Assembly: GCA_947589005.1 (NCBI GenBank)
Contig: CANPZO010000004.1
Coordinates: forward strand, 21,330-85,329
Direction: 5' to 3'
DNA length: 64,000 nt
Origin: an uncultured Clostridia bacterium
GTDB lineage: Bacteria; Bacillota; Clostridia; UMGS1883
Shown: piece after piece, positions 48,606 to 56,732 of the stretch
Layout of the letters: every line of letters starts with the position of its first letter
How positions within the stretch are numbered: the stretch's first letter is position 1
Notes under the pieces: model-generated
Databases searched by the model: none
The model's input: only the letters and a program-made list of their open reading frames with translations
Told to the model about the DNA's origin: nothing
Translations under genes and position numbers: made by a program

Positions 48606-48634
48606 ATGATACCACAAATTTTTCCCCTTGTCAA
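48606..48634 (-). promoter_or_regulatory. Sigma-A promoter driving the riboswitch-folT-folC transcript
   Basis: Minus strand TTGACA-N17-TATCAT, ending about 7 nt upstream of the riboswitch 5' end. Confidence 0.55.
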
Positions 48635-48768
48635 GAGGTGACGGAAAAAAATGCTGAAGGCAATAAATTCTCCCCGCCGGTGTTGATTTTTGTAAAAGAT
48701 GTATCAGAATAAATAGCAACCTTAGAAAACCGCGCTGTTATCGCCTTTCTCGTGCTATGCAAAAAGTC

Positions 48769-48790
48769 TTGACACCAATTTGACACCAAT
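48769..48790. repeat. Tandem 11-bp direct repeat TTGACACCAAT x2 abutting the integrase gene
   Basis: Perfect tandem copies at 48769-48779 and 48780-48790, 6 bp from the integrase stop. Candidate att or recombinase arm sites. Confidence 0.4.
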
Positions 48791-48795
48791 ATTCA

Positions 48796-50013
48796 CTAAA
48801 ACATATTGTTGAGCTTTTTGATTTCATCCTGCAATTTATTTTGGTTGAGGTGCGTGTACCGGTCCATGGTCATAGTAATAGTCGCATGCCCCATACAACC
48901 TTGTACCACCTTGGGGCTGATGTCGCTTTCAAAGCATTGCGTTGCAAACGTATGGCGCAATGCGTGCATTCTATTTGTCGGCAATAATTGCGGTTGCCGT
49001 TTCTCGCGTTCCGAAAGCCGCACCTCATCCTCGTTGTAATGCTCAATCAATTTTCGAAGGCTTGAACTGGGCGAAGCCGTCCGATAAGGTTGTGAATTTT
49101 TTTTAGTGAATATAAAAGTCTTGCTTGTGTAGCCGGTGTTCCTTTGCTCATCAAGTGCTCGTTTTGCGGCGTCGCACAATGGTACGGCCCGTATAGACGA
49201 CTGCGTTTTTGGCGGTTGCGTATATGAAACGAGTTTAGTAGACATGCCGGAGACGCGCACAAATGTTTTTGTAACATGGATGATATTGTTGTCGTAGTCG
49301 ATGTCTTGCCAAGTCAAGGCCAGACCCTCGCCTATTCTTAATCCCGTACTCAAGAGGAACTTCATAAGGGCCAAGTGTATATAATTGCAGTCTTGAGCAT
49401 AAGAAATGAGCCGTCGGATTTGTTCGCCACTAAAATAGTGGCTGTTTCTTTTTTGCACTGCTTGCGCTTTTTCGGCGGAGGTCTGTCTAATTTCTATGCC
49501 CACACACGGATTGGTTGCGACAAAATACCTTCGGACCCCATACTCGAACATATTGTGTATCTTGTTCAAGTGGTCTCTTGTCGTAGCCGCCATACAATTT
49601 TCCCTTATATTATCGGCCAGTAACTGTATAGTTTCTCGTCTAACGCTCTTGGCCAACTGCTCTCCTATCACTGGCAAAACATATTTGTGCATAGTAAGCT
49701 CGTACCCATTCTGCGTTGATGGCTTGAGCGCCGTTACTCTTTCCTCAAACCACAACTGGTACAGTTCGTTTACAGTAATTTGTTTAGTTGGTAGATCGCC
49801 GGCATACATGTCTCTCATATATATCGCTTTATTGTATCTTTCCTTCACCTCTTTCAGTTTGTGACCGTAGATTGATTTTCTGTTCCCATATCTGTCAGTG
49901 TAGCGGCCCACATAGCGGCCGTCTTTAATTTGGCAGAGGCCCTCGCCGAGCTCTTTGCCCTTTAAGTCTTTGCCCATGTGCTTACCTCCTGTATAATAAC
50001 GTAAATAAGCCAT
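48796..50013 (-). CDS. int: Tyrosine-type site-specific integrase (phage integrase family)
   Basis: C-terminal catalytic region (...ALRHTFATQCFE...GHATITMTMDRYTHL) has the R..H..R..Y pattern. An N-terminal SAM-like domain is present. Confidence 0.85.
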   Translation of the reverse strand: MAYLRYYTGGKHMGKDLKGKELGEGLCQIKDGRYVGRYTDRYGNRKSIYGHKLKEVKERYNKAIYMRDMYAGDLPTKQITVNELYQLWFEERVTALKPSTQNGYELTMHKYVLPVIGEQLAKSVRRETIQLLADNIRENCMAATTRDHLNKIHNMFEYGVRRYFVATNPCVGIEIRQTSAEKAQAVQKRNSHYFSGEQIRRLISYAQDCNYIHLALMKFLLSTGLRIGEGLALTWQDIDYDNNIIHVTKTFVRVSGMSTKLVSYTQPPKTQSSIRAVPLCDAAKRALDEQRNTGYTSKTFIFTKKNSQPYRTASPSSSLRKLIEHYNEDEVRLSEREKRQPQLLPTNRMHALRHTFATQCFESDISPKVVQGCMGHATITMTMDRYTHLNQNKLQDEIKKLNNMF

Positions 50014-50080
50014 GGCGTCTGCTTTTATTATAGCACGCCATGGCCCGATTCACAAGAACGATTTTTTGTGTTTTAAATGG

Positions 50081-50275
50081 TCATATGCCCGTGTTTTGGT
50101 CAATCCACTTGTCGAGCTTGACCTTGTCGGCAAACATACGCCCTCCCACTCGGCAGGCGTAAGGACAGTTGGGCGCCTTGAGAAGACGGCGACCAACTGT
50201 CTCGCCGATGCTCATGTATTCACAATAGTCCTTGACAGTCAAAAGTCTTTTGCCAATGGCCTGTTCGGTTTTCAT
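50081..50275 (-). CDS. xis: Excisionase / AlpA-type HTH DNA-binding protein
   Basis: A 64-aa protein (LLTVKDYCEYMSIGETVGRRLL) typical of Xis/MerR-like HTH, directly upstream of int. Confidence 0.6.
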   Translation of the reverse strand: MKTEQAIGKRLLTVKDYCEYMSIGETVGRRLLKAPNCPYACRVGGRMFADKVKLDKWIDQNTGI

Positions 50276-50847
50276 CTTCCGCTGCTCCCAAAGCCGCCTT
50301 CTCCCCGCTCGGTGGCCGACAGAGCGTCAACCTCCTTAAGGGCGACGGAGAGATAGGGTAGAACGACGAGCTGGGCAATGCGGTCGCCGTGGGATACGGT
50401 GCGCTCCTCGGAGCTGTCGTTGTGGAGGGGGACGATGTACTCCCCTCTGTAGCCCGAGTCGCACACGGCCACGCAGTTGGCGGGACGCAGGCCGTAGCGT
50501 GAGGCAAGACCGCTGCGGGCAAAGATGCCGCCGAAGAAACCCAAGGGCAGCTCAAAGCCCCAGCCCGTGGGTATCATAACGGTCTCGCCGGGACGGACGG
50601 TCACTTTGCCGTCGCCGAACGGGATGCAGGCGTACAGGTCGAGGCCCGCGTCACCGGGATGGGCCCGAGTCGGGGTGCGTGCCTGTTTGCAAAAACGCTT
50701 GGCCTTGACCGTGCAGCGGTGCTGATGGGCCTCACGCCACATCAGGACGAAACCGCAAAGTTCGTATATTATTGTAATTACAAGAACCGCCACCAAAAGG
50801 CACCCTACTACCAGACCCGCATTATTTGTCAGTGTTGCTTTGCTCAT
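50272..50847 (-). CDS. dut: dUTP diphosphatase (Dut) with an unusual ~35-aa hydrophobic N-terminal extension
   Basis: Five dUTPase motifs are present: AGLDLYA, RSGLA, GYRGE, GDRIAQL, GGFGSSG. The extension may be leader; an alternative start is the Met at about 50742. Confidence 0.8.
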   Translation of the reverse strand: MSKATLTNNAGLVVGCLLVAVLVITIIYELCGFVLMWREAHQHRCTVKAKRFCKQARTPTRAHPGDAGLDLYACIPFGDGKVTVRPGETVMIPTGWGFELPLGFFGGIFARSGLASRYGLRPANCVAVCDSGYRGEYIVPLHNDSSEERTVSHGDRIAQLVVLPYLSVALKEVDALSATERGEGGFGSSGR

Positions 50848-51089
50848 GTTATATCCTCCTGTACCGGTAAATTGCCAATATGTACCGTCGCTCCAAGGCG
50901 AAGAGGGAGCGGCTCGGTTTTCGCGGCGGCGTCATAGCGTCTTTGGCGACGGGATATGCCCGTCGGGACAATGTGGCCGCCCCCGTCAAGCGTCCATGGG
51001 TTGCCCGGAATGACCGGTACATTTTTCGCCGCAAAAATCTCTCTGCTTGTCAAAATATCATCTCCGTTTCAGTGCTTATCTTATATGTC

Positions 51090-51686
51090 TTAATTTATCC
51101 ACTTGACCACCGTGTCGCCCCGCCAGCCCTTTTGCCACACGAACCACGCGTAGCACACGGCGCTGGACCCTATCGACGCAAAGTCGCCATTGAGGGCGCA
51201 GCGGAGACGGTGGGTCGCCACGTAAACCGTTTTGGGCGGCCACTTGTTAAACAGGCTCCGCCGCTTTTGCGTCTCCAAAAACTGTATCTTGAGAAACATG
51301 GCGACCTTGTGGCCGGGCTGTATAATTTCCATGGCTCGGCCCACGAACTCGGTTGCCTTGGAATAGGGCGGGTTGGTGATTATGTCACAGTCGGAGCAGG
51401 GCATGTCTGCGGTAAAAAAGTCCCGGACCTCTCCGTAGCCCCTGTCAATCAGATCTGAGGAGTAAACGTTGTAGCCCGCCGCCTCAAATTCCTTGGACAG
51501 ATGCCCCTCGCCGCAGGCACACTCCCAAATGTTAGGAGCGAAGTTCTCCACTCCCATCAGGAGTCGCGCGGCCTTGGGCTCGGTGGCGTAGTAGTCGTTG
51601 GCCTCGCGCTCATTTTTGGCAAAGTTGCGGGCGGCGAGAGTGGAGTATACCGATACTCTGTCGCCACTCCAGTCTTCGTGTTTCAT
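51090..51686 (-). CDS. Small DNA amino-methyltransferase (NPPY motif), N6-adenine or N4-cytosine specific
   Basis: A motif I-like ECACGEGHL and a motif IV DIITNPPY. About 198 aa, typical of phage orphan methyltransferases. Confidence 0.6.
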   Translation of the reverse strand: MKHEDWSGDRVSVYSTLAARNFAKNEREANDYYATEPKAARLLMGVENFAPNIWECACGEGHLSKEFEAAGYNVYSSDLIDRGYGEVRDFFTADMPCSDCDIITNPPYSKATEFVGRAMEIIQPGHKVAMFLKIQFLETQKRRSLFNKWPPKTVYVATHRLRCALNGDFASIGSSAVCYAWFVWQKGWRGDTVVKWIN

Positions 51687-54115
51687 AAGGACGTCGCCTC
51701 CTTGCTTGGTAAATGTTTATTTGATACCATCTTAATTCCTCTCATGATTTTTTCGGCACAGGGAATTGCAAGACTGTTGCCGATAGCCCTGTACTTTGCA
51801 GTGTCGGAGCTTTCCTTATGCAGCTTCCCGCTGTCGTCCGTCCATGGGCCAATGTCCGTCCATCCGTCAGGGAAACCCTGCAAACGCTCGCACTCTAACG
51901 GCGTTAGGCGGCGCACTATATATTCCGCGGCTTTGGGCAGCATTGCCGCTCCGTAAAAATTCAAAGATGTTCCGCCGCCGTTGTGCGCCTGTAAGGTCGG
52001 ATACAGTTCTTGATTGACCATGTTTCTGCAATCGACGCCATAGCACGGAGACTGATACATGACCGCCTGTTGGTCGTGCATACAGTTGAGCGTTCGGGCT
52101 ACATCCGACAATCCAATCTGGTCGGCCTGTCCGTTGCCGAAAGAGTACGCAATTATCGGTTGATTGCCGTGACTTTGTGCTCGCAGGGTGGGAGCTATGT
52201 CGTTTTTCTCAACCGATATACTATCTCCGCCTTGGTCGTTAAGTAGAACCAGCGGCATATAATCGTTTACGCGGTTTGCGTGGTCGCCGGTTATGGTGGC
52301 CGTTACGTCTCCTCCGCCGTTTCCTCTGGCGTCGAAGCAATGACAGCCGCCAACGCCTCGCGTAAAATCTTCGGCAGCTCCTTTCCTCGCCTCTCGGCCC
52401 TGCGGAGTATTCCCCGGCAGGCCGTCGGGCTTAAATAATATTTCCTCGGCGCGTCTGCTTCCAAAACTTCCGACAGCGTAGATACGTTTTCTACGTTGGG
52501 GCACTCCCCAATATTGGGCGTCGAGCACCCGCCAAGCGAAAGTAATTCCGCGCCCTCGAACCACTCCGGCGTTTGCCCACCGTCCGCTTCGAGGTATTGG
52601 AATATCGGTCTTTGTGATTTCCGCGAGCACGGTCTGAAAGTCGCGCCCGTGATTACTGCTGAAGGCTCCGGGGACGTTTTCCCAGACAATGTAAGTCGGA
52701 GCTGCTCCATTTGTCGCTTCCCTCATTTCGTAAATTATTCTGACGGCCTCGTGAAAAAGGCCGCTCCTTTCACCGACAAGGCCGGCACGTGAGCCAGCAA
52801 CACTCAGGTCCTGGCAATTATGCACGACTATCCCGTCTGCGACGTAACTGTTGTCCTCATCGACGCTGAGGTTGTAAACCGTTTTGCGTTCTCCCGTCGG
52901 TGTTACGGATTTTACCCTATACCAGGAATGATTGTCGTCGGTCCAATGGGACTTGATGCGCAACGGCGAATCTCCACAAAACACCACGATATAGATCGGG
53001 CGTTGACGCACAGTACGCCCCTCTAATATCTTTGTTGGGCTCGGTGTGTGGCGGTGGACAGTTGTAGAAAAGCCTTCCAATTCACCCAGAATACGCAAAC
53101 CTTCGGCGAGCTTCTTGCTCACCGTCGACACCCTCCAAACATTCTCCTTGCCCTTGACAGGGCTGCCATCTGTGTCAAATATTCCGCGAAGCAGGGCTGC
53201 TCTATTTTGTGGGTCCATGGAATAGACCCATGAGGGAATATATTTTCCGCAGGAGTATTGCCCAAAATTCTCCACCAGCCATGAACACAGTACCTGACTG
53301 ACAAATTTGACTTTTACTGCTGTGCGACAATGTTCTACATTGTATCTCTCCGAGACCTTGGAGACGACCCTTCGGAGCGTTTCTTCTTGGGATACGCCGT
53401 CACAAAGGATGATTTGGCCCCATTTCTGCCCCGCCGGGCGACCGCTACACTGCTTGTTACGCACCCACCCGTCGCCAAGCCACCGTCCGACAAAATAAAA
53501 GAAGTCGGCATCCATTGTTGGCATTGGCTTCCGCCCGTTGTCTGCGTGTTGCGGTTCGCCGATAGGTAGCGGGGCCACGCTTCGCGGCACAGCCCAAAGA
53601 CGTTTTGTCATCTCTCCGGCAGGCACCCATTTTTTCTCGTCGGTAATAACAACTCGGCTTGTCCGCTTGCCGTTCGGGAGATGAGGATATACCGTTTTTT
53701 CGGATGTCGAATAGATTGGGTGATTGGGCGTACACTCCAAACCGTAGTGATTTCCGCGCAGCACGACCGTTTCGGCCACTTTTGAACCTGTGGCAGTGAC
53801 TGTGCGCCATCGTCCTTTGTGAGTCAAAACCCGCATACCCGTCTTGACAGACTCTATTTCTATATACCCTCTGTCTGTTAAAACAAGTGTTCCGGCAGGA
53901 AAACACGGGCTGCCGAAGGTTATAATGTCCACCGGCGGTATCTTTCCGCCGTCGATTTTCGTTATGTCGCCAAGGTGTATCATGTCCGGGAACCGCCTCC
54001 GCGTGACCGCCACGCAGAACGGCTCGATTTCCGACGCCCATACCGGCGTTATGCCGTGCCTTGACGCGGCCAAGGGGAAGCCCCCTATGCCGTCAAATAA
54101 GCTGCCAAGGGTCAT
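51683..54115 (-). CDS. DNA (cytosine-5)-methyltransferase interrupted by a 363-aa intein carrying a LAGLIDADG homing endonuclease
   Basis: Motif I is LFDGIGG. The motif IV extein context is ..ITFGSP|C(FPAGTLVLTDRG...IVVHN)|CQDLSVAGSRAG; splicing out the insert restores GSPCQDLSVAG. Downstream ENV-type motifs (WENVPG) follow. Confidence 0.75.
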   Translation of the reverse strand: MTLGSLFDGIGGFPLAASRHGITPVWASEIEPFCVAVTRRRFPDMIHLGDITKIDGGKIPPVDIITFGSPCFPAGTLVLTDRGYIEIESVKTGMRVLTHKGRWRTVTATGSKVAETVVLRGNHYGLECTPNHPIYSTSEKTVYPHLPNGKRTSRVVITDEKKWVPAGEMTKRLWAVPRSVAPLPIGEPQHADNGRKPMPTMDADFFYFVGRWLGDGWVRNKQCSGRPAGQKWGQIILCDGVSQEETLRRVVSKVSERYNVEHCRTAVKVKFVSQVLCSWLVENFGQYSCGKYIPSWVYSMDPQNRAALLRGIFDTDGSPVKGKENVWRVSTVSKKLAEGLRILGELEGFSTTVHRHTPSPTKILEGRTVRQRPIYIVVFCGDSPLRIKSHWTDDNHSWYRVKSVTPTGERKTVYNLSVDEDNSYVADGIVVHNCQDLSVAGSRAGLVGERSGLFHEAVRIIYEMREATNGAAPTYIVWENVPGAFSSNHGRDFQTVLAEITKTDIPIPRSGRWANAGVVRGRGITFAWRVLDAQYWGVPQRRKRIYAVGSFGSRRAEEILFKPDGLPGNTPQGREARKGAAEDFTRGVGGCHCFDARGNGGGDVTATITGDHANRVNDYMPLVLLNDQGGDSISVEKNDIAPTLRAQSHGNQPIIAYSFGNGQADQIGLSDVARTLNCMHDQQAVMYQSPCYGVDCRNMVNQELYPTLQAHNGGGTSLNFYGAAMLPKAAEYIVRRLTPLECERLQGFPDGWTDIGPWTDDSGKLHKESSDTAKYRAIGNSLAIPCAEKIMRGIKMVSNKHLPSKEATSL
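52817..53905 (-). other. Intein with a LAGLIDADG homing endonuclease domain, inside the C5-methyltransferase gene
   Basis: Block A is CFPAGTLVLTDRGYIEI. The LAGLIDADG motifs are FVGRWLGDGW and LLRGIFDTDGS. Block G is VYNLSVDEDNSYVADGIVVHN, followed by a +1 Cys. Confidence 0.7.
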
Positions 54116-54118
54116 GAT

Positions 54119-54794
54119 CTACCTCCCGACTACCCGCAGCGGGCAAAAATCTTGACGCCTTTCTTTCCAGCTTTCATCCTCAAACTCGAGCAATGTCAAC
54201 CTGCAAAATCGCTTGATAAGATAACTGTAGGCGCACATGCGACAGCTCGTGGGCATATCGTCCCATTTCGTCACCACTACCACCTTGCCCATCAGCTCCG
54301 CGCTGGTAACTATGTCATCCATTGCTGTTAGCCCTCCTGTTCCAAACGTCTATTGCTTGCCATGCGCCATTTGCCTCGGCCAAGATATCACCATTGTTCC
54401 CGTGATAAATATTGTCCTCATAGTCCTTGGTTGTGCAGTACTTTGCCGCCGTTTCCTTCACGTGATCTTTAATTGCCTTCATCTCTAACCCAGTGTTGAA
54501 AAATACGTATTTAACAGGCGGGAGCTGACCGTCAAACATCGCCCTTGTCCGTTCGACCAAATCAATCATTATATCACTGTCCGACCCGCCCGAGTAGGAG
54601 CATATCGCCTTGGGATGCTGACGCAGCCGGGTGGCAATTATGCCCATAATAGCCTGAAATTTCGCCGGGGCGTCAAAGTCCGCATACGGTGGGCGGTCTG
54701 TATATACCCGGCTGTGATATGTATCACTCATCGCACATCCTCCCTCTCCGGCAGATCTGCAATCTGGCGGGCTATGTCGGCGGCCTTGCGCCAA
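54119..54794 (-). pseudogene. PAPS-reductase-like (PP-loop) gene split across two overlapping frames: a frameshift, programmed slip or error
   Basis: ORF 54315-54794 has the PP-loop SYSGGSDSDIMIDL and ends just after a W..DVW block. ORF 54119-54322, in another frame, carries the expected downstream CxxC (TSCRMC). The two overlap by 8 nt. Confidence 0.4.
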
Positions 54795-55078
54795 TTATAG
54801 CACTCGTGGTCAAGAACGCATGTCCATTTGAGATATAGACCGCCACCGTTATTGCAGCGACCAGTTGGCCATTTTATAGGACATGAAATGCAGCAAATGT
54901 TTTTGTTGTAGCCAGCATACTGACAGCAGTAGCAGTAGACGAGCGGCCTTTCATTTCTGGGAATACCCATGGCGTCAAAGTACATTGCTTTTCCTACCGC
55001 GATTTTCCGTCGCTCCGTCTCATCCGCTATCCACCGCCACATTTTGCGATGGGCAGCTATTGCATCTTGCTTAGTCAT
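54728..55078 (-). CDS. Cys-rich small phage protein, tandem paralog 1
   Basis: MTKQ..IAA..MW.WIADE...ARQIADLPEREDV frame with a CYCCQ..CCISC cluster. Paralogous to the adjacent gene. Confidence 0.4.
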   Translation of the reverse strand: MTKQDAIAAHRKMWRWIADETERRKIAVGKAMYFDAMGIPRNERPLVYCYCCQYAGYNKNICCISCPIKWPTGRCNNGGGLYLKWTCVLDHECYNWRKAADIARQIADLPEREDVR

Positions 55079-55383
55079 ACAACATCCTCCCTTTCCGGCA
55101 GTTGAGCGATTTGGCGAGCTGTTAGCTCAGCGTCTGCAACATCGTCGTTATAACACGCCCATATAAAATTTGAGTTCAACCTCTTAAAGTCCGCAGAAAG
55201 GGCCGCGCAACGCCCACAGAAATCAGTGTACGCTGCAAAACTGTTCTTTGTTGGGATGCCATTCTTGCGACAGTATTTATACCAATACTCGCCATCGGAC
55301 ACGCATTCCTGCCGCGTCTTAATTTCATCCGCAATCCAGGTCCACATTTCGTGACGGGCGGCGATTACTTCTTGTTTGGTCAT
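55075..55383 (-). CDS. Cys-rich small phage protein, tandem paralog 2
   Basis: Shares the N- and C-terminal blocks with the 54728-55078 product. Confidence 0.4.
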   Translation of the reverse strand: MTKQEVIAARHEMWTWIADEIKTRQECVSDGEYWYKYCRKNGIPTKNSFAAYTDFCGRCAALSADFKRLNSNFIWACYNDDVADAELTARQIAQLPEREDVV

Positions 55384-55790
55384 TCTTCCACCATCTTTCT
55401 TACATCCTCGTAAAATTTCACTATATCCGGCGCGGCGGCCTCGGCAGCCTCTCGTGTGGGAAAGCAGTTACCCATTAAAATGCGGTCGATATCAGCCATA
55501 CTGCCGTTGCAATAACTGTCCTCGACGGTATACAACCCAACACAAAATACGTTTACAAACCAATAATCAGCACCGTGCTTCGGCCTCCACGGTCGGCGGA
55601 CGATTTGCTCTGTGCCGTTGAGCAGTTGATAAAGCGTCTTCTCCGCCTCTTCTTCAATGCAACCAAGGTACTTTATACGCAGCCCCGACTTGTCAAACAT
55701 AAATTTTCCATTCCAGCCGGTCACTTCAAACTCCTCGCCCAACTTCACGCCCAGCATTTTGGCGACCTCGGACATATAATTTTTAGCCAT
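55380..55790 (-). CDS. Hypothetical phage protein
   Basis: A 136-aa ORF in the operon with coupled overlaps. No family was recognised. Confidence 0.35.
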   Translation of the reverse strand: MAKNYMSEVAKMLGVKLGEEFEVTGWNGKFMFDKSGLRIKYLGCIEEEAEKTLYQLLNGTEQIVRRPWRPKHGADYWFVNVFCVGLYTVEDSYCNGSMADIDRILMGNCFPTREAAEAAAPDIVKFYEDVRKMVEE

Positions 55791-56175
55791 TGTCCTTCAC
55801 CTCTAACATTTCGGGATTGTCGGTTATATTGCCAACCACAATCGCCCCCGTCTTACCGAACCAGTCGGCAAAGTCCGCATGACAAAGACGCGTCGCATCT
55901 GGGCTGACGATCCAATCAATGTAGAACCCTATGTGCTTATGGTTGTCCGCCGTTTTGTGCCGACCGAACTTCACTACGCCTATCGCAACATTGGTGCTGA
56001 TATTGCCGATGTCGTCGTACCGGATGATGTCGCCTTCGAAAACCAACTTGCCATTTTTATCAGTCAGTCCGGTCCACAGTCCTATACTCTCCGATTCAAC
56101 CTCATCTGTAGCGGGTTGCCAATATCCCCACTCTCCACAAGCGAGGACTTTTCCGCGTATCATGTATACATTCAT
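55783..56175 (-). CDS. YopX-family phage protein
   Basis: The W.GL.DKNGK.I.EGDI motif characteristic of YopX. Confidence 0.6.
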   Translation of the reverse strand: MNVYMIRGKVLACGEWGYWQPATDEVESESIGLWTGLTDKNGKLVFEGDIIRYDDIGNISTNVAIGVVKFGRHKTADNHKHIGFYIDWIVSPDATRLCHADFADWFGKTGAIVVGNITDNPEMLEVKDNG

Positions 56176-56732
56176 CAGTGCTTCCTCCTTCTAATCCCAC
56201 CATCTTGGTGGGCTTCGTCTCCCACCACCAAAGCCTCCCAAGCCTTTTCGTCGATGGCGGGACGGACGTCGTCTGTGACCCCTATGTCGTCAAAATATGT
56301 CGGACCCGAGACATTGCGGCCTACCCGAATAACAGGGGCGTAACGGTCGGCCGGGTTGGTGGGCCAACCCATGAGCTTGTCCGTTGTGAAAGACGGGTCC
56401 AGACCGACAGCCTTGGCCCACGTGTCCAGTGCCCTGGTCACTTCCTCAGCGGTTATGGTTACCCCGTCGAAGGCGTCGCCCCATCCGACAGACATGGAGC
56501 ACAGCTCGGGATGCTCCGTCACCTCAATTTCTGGCGACAGGTTTCGCATCCTAAACAGTATTTCTTTCCACATTGACATAATTGAGTTCAACCTCCTTGC
56601 TTGGTGATTGATTTGTCTGTAGTTTGTGGCCGCTCCTCGGAGTCGTAGGGGTACAGGACGGTCTTGTAGTTGTGCCTTTGATACGCGTAAAAATCTTTGG
56701 TCTGGGCGTAGAATATGGTGCCGTTGGTCCAC
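56175..56732 (-). CDS. Hypothetical phage protein
   Basis: ORF in the phage gene array; the true start is probably internal (MSMWKEILF..). No family was recognised. Confidence 0.3.
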   Translation of the reverse strand: MDQRHHILRPDQRFLRVSKAQLQDRPVPLRLRGAATNYRQINHQARRLNSIMSMWKEILFRMRNLSPEIEVTEHPELCSMSVGWGDAFDGVTITAEEVTRALDTWAKAVGLDPSFTTDKLMGWPTNPADRYAPVIRVGRNVSGPTYFDDIGVTDDVRPAIDEKAWEALVVGDEAHQDGGIRRRKH

